64,000 nt of DNA from contig NC_087437.1 in the NCBI RefSeq assembly GCF_036321535.1, forward strand, positions 99,016,001 through 99,080,000. The letters run 5' to 3'. Shown here in pieces: positions 14,323 to 26,816 of this stretch. The notes beneath the pieces were generated by a model that saw nothing but the letters and a program-made list of their open reading frames with translations, did no database searches and was not told the DNA's origin. Source of the DNA: Camelus dromedarius. Lineage: Eukaryota. The position numbers and the translations under genes are program-made. Positions within the stretch are counted from its first letter, which is position 1. Each line of letters starts with the position of its first letter.

Positions 14323-15340
14323 GTAGCTTTGTTGTGCTTACTTGTTTATTAACTATTTGTATTTTTTTAACCTGATTTATCCTTAAACAGTTCTTTCAAA
14401 GATAAATGACAGTTGAAGATGTTGTTTATCTTTATAAAAATAAGCTGGAACCACTTAAAACATTATTTGGAAGATTTACTTTTAAATTAAAAAATAGTAA
14501 TAATCTTTAAAGTATGATAAATAAGCTTTAATTTATATTATACTTAAAATTAATAAGTGAAAAGAATAGGTAAAATTAGGACTTTACAAATGTGTAATTA
14601 AAAATTTTCACAAAGGTGTGGTCATCCAGTGTCAGTAATAGTATTACATGCTGTTGATACGCCTGTTTTTGCTGGCAGGAGGTAGATTTCCTTAATTACT
14701 CAGAAAAGGTTTCTGAATGACATTAACTTTGTTATTGTTTTATTTTCCAATCTTTATGTAGTGCTGTTTGGTTGCTTTTTATTAATTTCTTAAAAAGAAT
14801 ATTGTGAATTTTCCTGTAAAAATGAAAATGTCTATAAACAAACCAGCATTTTCACAGTAATTTGAGAAGTCAGAGAAATTATTAAGAAGGAAAACAGAAG
14901 AGATACAAAGAAAGTAGCAGATAGTAATAGCAACAGTGTTGGAAAAGATGACAGTGAAGTAATAGGCAGAAGAAAAAGACATTACTTGAGAAGAGATTTA
15001 AAAAGCCACTACATTTACAGTGTGGTTTGTGTACTACTTGGATGTGTATCTGTTAATGTGGATGTGTGTGTGGAAAGGGTGTTTAGGGGATTTTAAAAGA
15101 TGTCTGATGTCTGCCACTGCCTTCCCTGTTGTTGCTTTTTTTTTTTTTAATTCACCCTTTATGGTAAAGATAAATAGCAAATAAGGTGGTCAAATCAGAA
15201 TTTGCGTATATGTGTTTTCAGTCCCCCCCCCACCAACAATTTCTTCTCAAAAGTAGTGTGACAACTGGGAAACCTTTTTGTTTCTTGTCAGATATAACTT
15301 TGCAAAATTATAGAAGAGTACAGAAAGTTGTTTTAAGTAT

Positions 15341-15789
15341 TATATTAATTTTCTAGGACAGCTGTAACAAATTACCACAAACTTAGTGATTTCAAAGCAA
15401 TAGAAAATGGTTCTCTTATAGTTCTGGAAGCCAGAACTCAAAAGTGAAAGTGTTGGCAGGGCCATGCTCCCTCCAGTGGCTCTAAAGGAGAAATCTTTCT
15501 TGCCTCCATCATCTGGTGGCTCCTGGCGTTCCTTAGCTTGTGATTCTAGTCTCTGTCTTCGTCTTTACATGGCCTTTCCCCTGTGTGTCTATGTGCCTGC
15601 TACTTTTTCTTTTTTTTTTTTCTTGTAAGAATACCCATCATTGGATTTAGGGCCTACCTTAATCCAAGACGATCTCATCTTGAGAGCCTTACCTTGTTTC
15701 CATCTGCAAAGACTTTTATTCCAAATAAGTCGCATTCTGAGGTTCCAAGTGGACATACGTTTTCACAAGCCTCGATTTAACCTGCTACA
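15341..15789 (-). mobile_element. MLT1 (MLT1B/C-like) MaLR solo LTR
   Basis: ctgtaacaaattaccacaaacttagtg...gttctggaagccagaa...ttggcagggccatgctccctc...catctgcaaagac...ttccaaataagtcgcattctgaggtt. Confidence 0.85.
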
Positions 15790-15804
15790 GGTGATACCTC
15801 ATAC

Positions 15805-15868
15805 CAACCTTTGGTTCCTTTGTATGTCTTGAAACATTGGTGGACCATTTAGGATTTGGCACTAGAGG
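15805..15868 (+). repeat. 64-bp direct repeat, copy 1 (copy 2 at 17497-17560)
   Basis: caacctttggttcctttgt[a/g]tgtcttgaaacattggtggaccatttaggatttg[g/c]cactagagg; 62/64 identical. Confidence 0.95.
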
Positions 15869-16864
15869 ATGTTTATAACTGGCTCTTTGTGTTAAATTTA
15901 GTTGTCTTTAGCTGTATGGCTTTGGAGCAATTTGCTTAAGCTTCCTAGACCTTAGTTTCAGCATTTTAAAGGTGAAAATGTTGGCCCAGATACTTGTCAA
16001 AAAATGTCTAGCTGGAAAAATATATGATAATAAGTTTATTTTATACTCAGGGCTATTTTAATAAAGGCAAATTGCTTACACTTATTTGTCTGTCTTTAGG
16101 CAGTCTTAGCAAGATTGATTTATCCGTCTCCTGTCCTGGGCCACAGATTCCGTGTAAACCTATTTTCTGTGTTCCAGTTTAGATTATAAAAAGAATTTTA
16201 TGGTAGAACAACTGTCATTGCCTATTCCTGTTTATCTGCATCAGGTGAGCTAGGACCAAAGGAAGGGATGGCAAAGGTAAAGTATGTGCTGGTTCTGAAC
16301 GAGGCATCAATGTGACGTTCATGAGGTGGTGGACTGGATAGTCAGGAAGTCAGTAATTGACTGGACTAAGTCTATCCATGTTAACAGATATCTTGGTAGA
16401 ATTGGATATGGCTTAAAAAGTTGTGTGTAAAAGTTAAATTGAGAAAATTAATTGTTGAAAAGCATGTATGCCCTCCAAGAAAGAAGCCAGTAATAAGTCT
16501 TTATATAATGAAGAACTCTTTGGTAATATGGGTCCTTCATTTTATACAGATTCATTACAGAGCTCTTTTGGGGGATAGTTATTTTTTTTTATAAATCTTA
16601 TTAGTAAGTTTGACTTTATATATATTTCCCCCTTAAGAGAAATTACATGATTGTCAATATAACGCTTTTCTCAAATACTGATGTTATACTCTGGTGAAGT
16701 TACAAGTATTTCTTGTATTTGATGTGAAATATTTCATATGATACCTTTGTGAGGAATCAGTTAATTATGCATTTGAAATGACTAGCCATAAGTTTTATTT
16801 TGCAGTATTTATTATTTTTATTGATAGGCTCAAACATAATCAACCCTTTTTTTCTCCCCCACAG

Positions 16865-16941
16865 CAAGACGTGAGCGAATTTACACACAAATTATTAGAT
16901 TGGTTAGAAGATGCCTTCCAAATGAAAGCTGAAGAGGAGAC
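16865..16941 (+). CDS. USP25: USP25 exon 8 (77 nt): [25 protein letters not shown](T); QQD box
   Basis: tttctcccccacag|CAA ... GAC|gtaagt; the USP QQDxxEF motif spans exons 7/8. Confidence 0.96.
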
Positions 16942-17496
16942 GTAAGTTACCATGAAATTTAGTGATGGGGTTAGGAGAGTGATAAGTAACACTCATCTTT
17001 TTCCTCTTATGTGTTCAGTGTCAACAGAGAAGAAAGAATCTGAGTTAAATGCATAGAAACCCAAATGTTATCCATATTATTGGCTAGCTCTTTGGAATTT
17101 GTGGCCACAGATGCTAGGTAGCTTTAGATTTCCACTATAAGATCAGAATCTAGTGAGAAAGATCTAAGAAGTGATCTCTGAAAAAGCTGATCACATATGC
17201 TCAGTTCTTTACCTTAGACACAACAATCACGTTCCACGAAGAGGAATGAATGGGTTAGTGGTAGGGAATGGTAACCAGGAGTGGTGATTCTGATGAAGTC
17301 TTTACATGGAATCAGTCATGAAGACAGAGGTGTGAAGTTTCTCTTCAACATTCTTTTGCTTCTTATTTTCTACCTATTAGGTTGAACCATTAAGACTGGT
17401 TATTTAAAATACATGGCAGACCTCCTTAAGGAAAGAAATCCACGCACTTTCAGGATGAGTCCTACTCCCATTCTCATGAAGCCGCTCTCCTAATAT

Positions 17497-17560
17497 CAAC
17501 CTTTGGTTCCTTTGTGTGTCTTGAAACATTGGTGGACCATTTAGGATTTGCCACTAGAGG
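17497..17560 (+). repeat. 64-bp direct repeat, copy 2
   Basis: 62/64 identity with 15805-15868, offset 1692 bp. Confidence 0.95.
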
Positions 17561-17659
17561 TTCTGATGTGATTCTGCATGATGCAGTACTTAAAGTAACA
17601 CCTAGACTACAGGCAGAAACCCAAGGCTGAAAATTCTCCACCTTCTCTTTTTTCTGTTT

Positions 17660-19168
17660 TTATATTTATTTGTTTGTTTTTCTTCCAATTTTATTGAGAT
17701 GTAATTGACATACACCATTGTGTAAGTTTAAAGTGTACAGCCAAATGCTTGAGTTACATACATTATGAAATGATTACCACAGTAAGTTTAGTGAACTTTC
17801 ATCACCTCAGATAGAAAATATAAGAAAAAGAAAAAATATTTTTCCCTGTGATGAGAATTCTTAGAATATATTCTCTTACAATTTCATCTATAAAACACAG
17901 CAGTATGCTTAATTATATTAATCATGCTGTACATAACAGCCTCAGTTCTTATTTATCCTGTAACTGGAAATTTGTACCTTTTGTTTTTACCCTTTGTCAT
18001 ATACAACAATATTAGATTATTTTTGAGTATATTCCCCATGGTGTACATCCCAATGACTCATTTACTTTGTAACGACGTTTATACCTCATAATTTCCCTTA
18101 CCTGTTTTACTCATTCCCCACCCCCTTCCCTTCTGGTAACCACCTGTTTGTTTTCTATATTACTGTTTCTGTTTTGTTATATTTCTTAGATTCCACATAT
18201 AAGTGAACTCATATTATATTGACTTATGTCACTTATATTACCCTCTAGGTCTATCCATGTTGTCACAAATGGAAAGATTTTATTCTTTTTTATGGCTGAA
18301 TGACACTACGTAGTATATATATACCACATCATTTTTAGCCATTCATCTATAAATGGGTACTTAAGTTGCTTTTATATCTTGGCTATTGTAAACAGTGCTT
18401 CAGTGAACATAGGGTTGCATGTATTTTTTTGAATTAGTGTTTTTGTTTTCTTTGGATAAGTACAAAGTGGAATTGCTGGATCTTATGGGTAGTTTGATTT
18501 TTGATTTTTTGAGGGAACTTCATAGAGTTTTCCATAGTGACTTCACCAGTTTACATTCCCATCAACAGTACATGCAGGTTTCCTTTTCTCCACATTTTTA
18601 ACACTTGTTGTTTGTTATTTTTTTAATAGCCATTCTGACAGGTGTGAGGTGATACCTTGTTGTGCTTTTGATTTGCATTTCCCTGATGGTTAGTGATATT
18701 GAGTATCTTTTCAGGTGTCTCTTGGCCATCTATATGTCTTCTGTGGAAAGATGTGTATTCAGCTCCTATGACCATTTATTAATTAGTTTTGGTTTTTTTT
18801 GAATTATATGAGTTCTTCGTATATTTTAGGTACTAACCGCTTATCACGCATATCATTTGCAAATATCTTTTCCCATTCAGTAAGTGGCCTTTTCATCTTC
18901 TTGATAGTTTCCTTTTCTCTGCAGAAGCTTTTTAGTTTGATGTAGTCCCATTTGTTTATTTTTGCTTTTGTTTCCCTGCCTGAGGAGACGTAATCAAAGA
19001 AATATTACTAATAAGATTGATGTCCAAGACCATACTGCCTATGTTTTTTTCTAAAAGTTCTGTGGTTTCAGGTAGTCTTTAATATATTTTGAGTTTATTT
19101 TGTATGTGGTATAAGAAAGTGGTTTAGTTTCATTCTTTCACATGTAGCTGTCCAGTTTTCCCAGCAGT
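17660..19168 (-). mobile_element. 5'-truncated LINE-1 (ORF2 end + 3' UTR), antisense to USP25
   Basis: T-rich tail, then ttttattgagatgtaattgacatac, ccattctgacaggtgtgaggtgatacc, gcagaagctttttagtttgatgtagtcccatttgtttatttttgc, gtccagttttcccagca. Confidence 0.9.
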
Positions 19169-20499
19169 GATTCTTTGACTATATTACTCTGAAATCCCTA
19201 GTTCTTCCTGTCAAATCTATCTAGATTTTCTGTGTGCACTTCTTGCGACTCCTTGATTGCTTTTTATCTGTAGCCTTGGAAGACTGCCACTTGACTGTTT
19301 TCTAAAGCTTAGTTCCTTCTGAAGGAATCATTGTGCTCTCACTTTGGAATCTTTCCTCATTACTCATTTACTTTTTAAAAGTTTTCTTTGGGTCTTAGTC
19401 ACCTTTTCTATCTAGTAACTAATAAATGCTCTCCCCTTTTTGTTAAACTGTTTTAAAAGAAGCTAGAACTTCCCCATTTTATCTGAAATCTTAAGTCTTT
19501 GGGGATTAAGTCTTATTTGAAATATATCCCTGTCCTCATTCATTTCTTAGTAATTTTCTGTTTATTCTTTACTGTTTATGGAGCTAAAACTTTCTGAACC
19601 ACTGTGCTCTGCCTATTTAGATTGGTGTGCCATGGTGCCTACCAGGTTATAGATACATGGAGGTATTGATGCCTGTGTCTCTGATCATGAGAAAATACTT
19701 GTTTTTACTCCAGAGTTCTCTGCATATAGTATATGTGTGCTAGTGACATTAAAAAGATTAAGAAGCACTGACCCAAAGCATTGTAGGTTACTCTGTCAGT
19801 TGCCCTAAATCTTTGAACTCTTCCTGTGTCAACATAACTCCCAAGGCTAAGGTGTCCTTGATACAAATTTTCTTCAGCGATTTCTTTTGGCCTTTGATAT
19901 TTGTGTCTACCTAGCTTTTCTGTCTTTATGCAAATGGTGGGTGTATCATTTTTATTATAGGCGTCTCATGTTTTTTAAATTGCGCTTCACTTGTATTCCT
20001 TACATTTCTGTTGATAACCACAGTCTGGATCCCTGTGATTCAAAGCTGAGAGTTTGCAAAGAAAAGGGTAAACAATCTAAAAGGTAGGTCTGTGTGTCTC
20101 CTTAGGGAGGGTCAGTGCTTACCACAGGTCAGTGGAGGGCAGGCCGAAATTCAGGAAGGAAAATTTGAAAAGATATTTGTAAGGAGAATTCAGAATTATT
20201 AGAGCCACTCATACCCAGTTTCTTCTGCCAGCGTCATCAATTGCTCTTTCTGTTGGGTATTTATGTGACAGTAAGGAGAAAAGCAAGGAATATTGCTTTT
20301 CTACATGGAAATATGATGCCGTGGAAATGGAGATACTTATTAATATTTAAGTCTAAAAATTTGTATACTTTTACATCAAGAAAGACAATCTTTGGATTAT
20401 TCCTTCTTCCACATCAGTCTCAAGTCCTTTTTGTTGTAAGAGTATGAAAAATAAGGTATGAAATAAACTGTTTCCATGGAATTAAAATGCTGGGAGATT

Positions 20500-20660
20500 G
20501 AGTATGTGTAGTGGGATATGCATAGGTTTTGGAGGCAGATTACTTTTCAGCTTGAGGACTTACTAGTAGAGTGAATTTGGACAAGTGACTTAACCTACTC
20601 TACAGTTTTATTATCAGTACAATAGAGGTAACAGTACGACCTGCCGCCATATAGGGTGGG
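20500..20660 (+). mobile_element. MIR SINE, left part (appears to resume at about 21837-21870)
   Basis: gtgtagtggg...ttggacaagtgacttaacct...; downstream ctacttcataggactgctgcaaagattaagt continues the MIR core. Confidence 0.6.
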
Positions 20661-20938
20661 CTAGATAATCTTGTGGCAACATCCCCACAACCCTAGAGGC
20701 TTAAATCACAGCCTTCGCAGTGCCCAGTGAGTGAGCAAGGGGCTCTGCTCATTTATTCACTCGGTGCCTCAGGCTGACAGAGGCTTCACCTCATCACAGG
20801 CTGCTGGGATCACCATGTCAACAAAAGATACGCTGCCTCTCAAAGTTTCAGTCCTTCAGAAATGACACGCATCACTTCTGTTCCCATTTTGCTGTGCAAA
20901 GCAAGTCATGTGACTTACCTAACTTTAAAGTGAGTGGG
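20661..20938. mobile_element. Old MLT1 (J/K/L-like) MaLR LTR, left part; resumes at 21758-21836
   Basis: ggctctgctc...caggctgacagaggc...catcacttctgttcccattttgctgtgcaaagcaagtcatgtgac; the right part ends gaatagcactaatgaccaccac. Confidence 0.65.
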
Positions 20939-21757
20939 GACACCTCACACTCATTAGGGTGGCTGCTATCAAAAAAAGAAAACAGAAAATAACAAGTATT
21001 GGAGAAAGTGTGAAAAAAAATTGGACCTTTTTGTGGATGGGAATGTAAAATGTTGCAGCTGCTGTGGAAAACATGGTTGTTCCTCAAAAAATTAAAAATA
21101 GATAATCATTTGATGGAAGGAATACTCTCACAATTTATACATATAACTAACCTCACATTGTACACTTTAAATATCTTACAACTTTGTCAATTATACCTAC
21201 AAAGATGAAAAAAAAAATTAACAACATGACCCAGCAATTCCTTTGCAGGGTATATATCTGAAAGATAGGCAGATCTCAAAGAGATAAGTTCAGAGTAGCA
21301 TTATTCACAGTAGACAAAAGGTTGGAAGCAACTCATATGTCCATGGATGAATGGGAAAACAAATGTGGTATAAATGTACAGTGGAATATCCTTAAAAAGG
21401 AAGGAAATTCTGATATATGCTGCAACATGGATGAACCTTGAAGACATGTTGTTAAGTGAAATAAGCCAGTCAAAAAGACAAACACCATATGTCACTTACA
21501 TGAGATGTCAAGGGTTGTCAAGCTCAAAGAAACAGAAAGGTAGAGTGGTGGTTCCCAGGACCTGGCGGGAGGGAGACATGTGGAGTTGTTTAACGAGGAA
21601 ATTCGGTTTCACATGATCAAGAGAGTTCTGGACATTGGTTGCACAGCAGTGTGAGTATACTTAACACCACCGAACTTCACAGTTAAAAATGGTTAAGATG
21701 GTAAATTTTATATTACATGTATTTTATCACAATTTAAAACTATTTAACATTTAAATG
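20939..21757 (+). mobile_element. 5'-truncated LINE-1 (L1MA/MB-type ORF2 end + 3' UTR) with 10-bp TSD agtgagtggg
   Basis: cacctcacactcattaggg...atgacccagcaattcc...gcaacatggatgaaccttgaagacat...aaaatggttaagatggtaaatttt; TSD at 20929-20938 and 21758-21767. Confidence 0.9.
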
Positions 21758-22459
21758 AGTGAGTGGGTAAGTGCTTTAGTATATACTTGAAAGTAGAAGG
21801 CCAGAAATCTTTTTGAATAGCACTAATGACCACCACGCTACTTCATAGGACTGCTGCAAAGATTAAGTCACGTACTTCCCACCAATTGTTTTATGGTTTA
21901 AATGATGATGCATATAGTACATTTATCAAGAGACAGATAGTGTCCTTCTCTCCTTTTTAAATTAAGTTAGTTTTACTAATTTAAATACAAAATTCATGAA
22001 GAAAAAGTCTCTGTACAGTTGTGGATACAACATACTTTTGTACAGTAAGACCAATATAAACTTTGTGTTTTTGCACCACAGAGTATAAAACATAAAGAGA
22101 AAAGGTTAAAATTTATCAGTTTCTATTTACTTCAAGCAAAAAAGGAAAAACAACAAATTCATATGTTAAAGAAATTGGAAAATTTACAAGTGAGTAATTT
22201 TATCAGCAACATGAAACTGTAGAAAGACTGGAGTAGCTTTTAGCTACCTGGGTCAAAGCTGCTGATTTGCTCCTTCGCTGTTGACTGCTGGAGTGCACTC
22301 TTCTAGGTAAATGTGAGAAATGACATATTCAAATTTTATAGAAGCTTACTTTGATTAAGTGGCTTTTCCCCCTTCCCAGCAAGTCCAAAAAAGCATATAT
22401 TGTACAGACTAAAAGTCTAAAATTGAAATATATGATGATAATGGAAATATTCCTTCATG

Positions 22460-22640
22460 AACGCAGACTGTGCTAAGGTCCTCTTACAAGAGTTCCCGTG
22501 TAGAAACTCCTTTTAACCCATACAATAGCCTTGTGGTTCAGTAACCATTATTATCCTCAGTTGACAGGTGAAGAAATGGAGAATAAATTTAAGTTCCTTG
22601 GCCCGACACTGTAAATAGCAGAGCCAAGTTCATGATAATC
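22460..22640 (-). mobile_element. MIR SINE
   Basis: tttaacccatacaatagccttgtg...attattatcctcagttgacaggtgaagaaatggaga. Confidence 0.65.
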
Positions 22641-22745
22641 ACATAAGTGTTATTGTCCTGGCATATAGTACTGTTCTTTTAATGTTTTCTCTATTATTTG
22701 CAGGTATAAAAATTATAACATTTATGTTTTTAACATGATTTTTAG

Positions 22746-22819
22746 GGATGAAGAAAAGCCAAAGAACCCCATGGTAGAGTTGTTCTATGGAAGATTCCTA
22801 GCTGTAGGAGTACTTGAAG
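22746..22819 (+). CDS. USP25: USP25 exon 9 (74 nt): (T)[24 protein letters not shown](G)
   Basis: atttttag|G ... AAG|gtacag; phase 2-1 fits both neighbours. Confidence 0.96.
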
Positions 22820-24149
22820 GTACAGTTACATATATTTGTTTTTTTAATTACAATTGAGGTATTATTAACAATTAGCTTCTTTGTCATGATACTGACTTTG
22901 TGGAACGGTTTTAACTTTTAATTTGACTTATTCTAGTAGTTTCTGTTGCATTACTACTAATAATTTACATAGAAAACGAAGAATTGAGTGCATGTAAAGG
23001 AAGGTACAGAGTATACTATCATATGCTAATTGATACTCAGTTAATGTTATCCTGATGTTCTTTCCATGGGAAGGGTTCTGTGATACTGTGAATTGTTGGG
23101 AGGATACAGGGATTATGAGGGCAGTTGGTGGATCTTTTGAAAGTAATATTGGGGTAGAATACTAGGCGTGGTGTGATGGGCACTATTATTGAGGGTTTCA
23201 AGTGTATGCAGGTTGAAAGCTGTACTTAGCAATTTAGCATAGTCAGGATATTGCAGAGTTTCCATATTGAGATGATTATAAAATTCTTTAAAATACAGTT
23301 TTCAAGAAAGAGTTATTTTCTATCTTTTGGAAAATCAGTTGAGTGATAACTATTCATGTTACTTAAAATCCAGGCCTAACCAATTACTCTTTGGTTTTCT
23401 TAACAAGGGATGGGAACTGACTCATAAGATATACTTCAAATAATACTACTGACTCCCAAAGCATACATTTTTAAAAAAGTGTGTTTCCCAAATGGCCCAA
23501 TACATCAAGTTTTGAAAGTTTACCCATATCACCCAAAGTATAAAATTCAGAAAATTGATTTTTCCTCATGATCTTAAGTGATGGATTCCCATGAAGCTTT
23601 GTTTGACCAGTTTTGTAGTTTGGGATTTAGACAGAGGCAGACACTAACTCAGAATTTAGTCAGACATTCCAAAGGTTATATTGGGGTGTTAACATTTTGT
23701 TTGTCTCAGATGTTAAATATTCATTACATAAATAGTAGAATGTTTTATACCATGCATTACATTCCAGTTGGGCTGTCCGTACTGTCATAGCAGTTTTATT
23801 TGAAGGTGGAGCACTGGATCTGAGCAGTAGAGGAGCTCTAATCACTTTGTGACTGGGCACTGTTTATAACACTCTTCATGAGCATTTCCACCTGTATTAT
23901 CTAGATTCTTAAAAGTGATTATTAAAATAATTTCCAGTTAGTGTTGAAGTCTTTGTACATGGTTTTAGTATGTTGTTTCCAAGCTATTGTGTTGCATAAA
24001 TGTGATTTTAATACATTTCCAGGTGAACTATGTGTTTGCTTCAGTAAAAATAATTTATTTTAGAGCACTTATCATATTTATAGATATCTTCCTAATGATT
24101 TCTTTTAGGCTAGGGACTCTTAATTGGGGGTGATTTTCAGTTTGTTTAC

Positions 24150-26300
24150 TGAAAGTACTCCATTATAAAAATTCTTCAGCTCTTCCAGAACTTCTAGTCC
24201 ATTGACCTCTATTTTTGTTCTTCTCAGCCTTTTTCTTCACTTCCTTCCTTGCTCATTATGATCATTCCTATACATATCTAAAACTCCTTCTCTCATTCCC
24301 TTCTGGCACCACTTCTCAGGGTCGGCTCTAACCCTCGTGAAGCTATTTCTCTTCTCTGCATGTGCTGAGTGCCTGACTGTTGCTAGGGGAAGGTCATTCA
24401 CATGGGCGAACTATAATGGATCCCAGAGTTGTAGTGATTCCAAGCTTCACTGGTCCCAATCCCATAACCCTACTTGGCATTCATATTTGGTTTGTTTAAT
24501 TTACTATCTTCTTTCCCATTTTCTGTAATAACAATTTCCAGCTTTTCTACTTCTAATTTATTTCTTTGTCTCTTCTTTTTTTGAGAAAGACCTTAACCTT
24601 AAATAAATTTCGTATATTTAACTCTGAAGCTGCTGAAACCTAACCATGGGTCCTGTCTAAGACCCTGAATCTAGTTATGTGTTTATGATTTTTTATCATA
24701 GTTCTTAAAAATGACTCCTCAACTATATGAGCTTTAGGCTTCTCATTCCATTCCTACCTCCGCCACATTCTTTTTATTTGTCCCTCCAGGTAATAAAGAA
24801 ATTATTCAGTCTAATTTGAATGGCTGTTCTTAATATGTGTTAAGAATCTCATCCTTTCATGCTTTCACTCAGACCTTACTCTATCTAGTATCTCTTTTAT
24901 CTTACTCTAGTATCTCTATCTGGAGATGTCTTTAATTTCCTACATGTGTGTTAGTCCATTGGATCCCTCTTGGTTCTCGTCTAATTCTTGTCAGCTCCGA
25001 ATGCTGTTGACTTTACTCTCTCCTCCTTTTTCCTTAGAAATGCTTCTCTGGCTTCTGTCACAGTATATTCTCTTGGCTTTTTTCATGGCTCTGTGAGTAC
25101 TTCTTAGAAGTTATATTTATAGTTTCTTCTTATATCTTGAGATAGGAGATCCTTGGGATTTAGGCCCTCTCCTCTTCCTGTCTGCTAATCCCTTGGGCAG
25201 TCTCACTGACTCCCTTGATTTCCTGCTATCAGTAAGCCAGCAATTCTCCAATTTGTAGCTTCAGACCAAAAGATTAATCTTGATTACAGACTCATATGTC
25301 CAACTCTTCTTGACTTGCTGTCTCATAGGCCATTGTAAACTAAAGATTGTCCCTGCTGTCTTATAACAAAAGGAAAAATGATTCTGTGTTCTTCCTTCAC
25401 TGGTGCCCCTTTCAGTACATAAAAGTCAATTGAGTCATTCATGCTAAATATCTGAGTATCATTCTTGATACCTTCCTTTCTCTTCTAGCCCCCGTCCTGT
25501 CTATGCTAGTCACTCATGTCCTATTGGTGCTCTCTTTTGTACATATTTATAAATGGGTGCAATTTCACCTGTTTTTATGCACTTTTACTATTAACACCTT
25601 GTTCCATACTACCTTTATTTTTAGATGGATTCTGTAAGTCCCCTAACAGTATACCATTCACTTAACACAGAAGCCATAAGGATGTTTCAGAGATGTAAAT
25701 CTGAGCCTATTATTCCTAGATTTAATTATCCAGTGGCTTTCTGTTTTACTCAGAATATACTGGAAAAACCAGGCTCACTTTACCAGGGCTGCTGGACTTT
25801 GTTAAGAATTTGACTTTTATGCCCCACCTCACTCTTCATTGTCATCTCCTCATTGCTCTCCCAAGCTATACTTCCCTTCCCTTCATTCTTTAAACATGCC
25901 ACTTCCTTTATTTGAAAGTCTTTGTGTGTGTCCTTTGGCCAAGGACACTGGCTTCCCAACACTCTGGCCTGGCCAACTCCCACTCACCTTTCAAGTCTCA
26001 GTGCAAATGTCATTTTGCTATGGAAGCCTTCACTGCTCTACCTTCCAGCTTTAAAAGCTAGGTTTGCTCCCTTTTATATACCCTCTCACAGCAGTCTGTC
26101 TCACCACCCCTTTTATAACATCTATAATAACAGACAATCATTTAGTTCTAATTATATGTGCAAATAATGTGTATAATGTCTTTTTCCAAAAGAGGCTGAG
26201 AGTTTCTTTGGCTCAGAAGCCATATCTCTTTTGTACACTGCTATATATATTCTGTTTTAGCACAGCTATCTTGCCCTTAAAAAGTACTTTTTGAAAGAAT
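24150..26300 (+). mobile_element. Long decayed LINE-2
   Basis: Pyrimidine-rich L2 hallmarks (ctctggcttctgtcacagt, cagactcatatgtccaact, cttcaagtctcagtgcaaatgtca), ending near ttgaaagaataaataaat; boundaries approximate. Confidence 0.65.
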
Positions 26301-26310
26301 AAATAAATAA

Positions 26311-26338
<28 letters not shown>
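26311..26338 (+). repeat. (AC)14 microsatellite
   Basis: Direct reading. Confidence 0.95.
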
Positions 26339-26341
<3 letters not shown>

Positions 26342-26577
26342 TATGTATAATTATATACATATACACATGTGGGTGTATAATGAATATCAATAGCTAGATG
26401 GGAATATACATGTGTACATGTATGAGCCAACAGGAAAATTACACTAACTTACTGCAGTCTGGAACATAACCAGTTACAGTTTTCAGGTTCAGGAGATAAT
26501 TTGTATATACATTTACTTTTAGTAGATAAAAGGCCATATTGAGAAACAAATTAATTAACTTTTCCCCGTCTTAACAG

Positions 26578-26726
26578 GTAAAAAATTTGAAAATACTGAA
26601 ATGTTTGGTCAGTACCCACTTCAGGTCAATGGATTCAAAGATCTACATGAGTGCCTAGAAGCTGCTATGATTGAAGGAGAAATTGAGTCTTTACATTCAG
26701 AAAATTCAGGAAAATCTGGCCAAGAG
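26578..26726 (+). CDS. USP25: USP25 exon 10 (149 nt): (G)[49 protein letters not shown]
   Basis: ccccgtcttaacag|GT ... GAG|gtgagt; overlaps track ORF 26601..26825. Confidence 0.96.
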
Positions 26727-26796
26727 GTGAGTTTAACATGTTCTTTATTCCTCTTTCCTGCAAGTATTGTTGCAAAGCGTAATTTAAGGCTCTACT

Positions 26797-26816
26797 TATA
26801 TATATATATATATATA
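26797..26816 (+). repeat. (TA)10 microsatellite
   Basis: Direct reading. Confidence 0.9.

Noticed and set aside
21301..21616. ORFs 21374..21616 and 21301..21495
   Set aside because: Translations of the L1 ORF2 end and 3' UTR.
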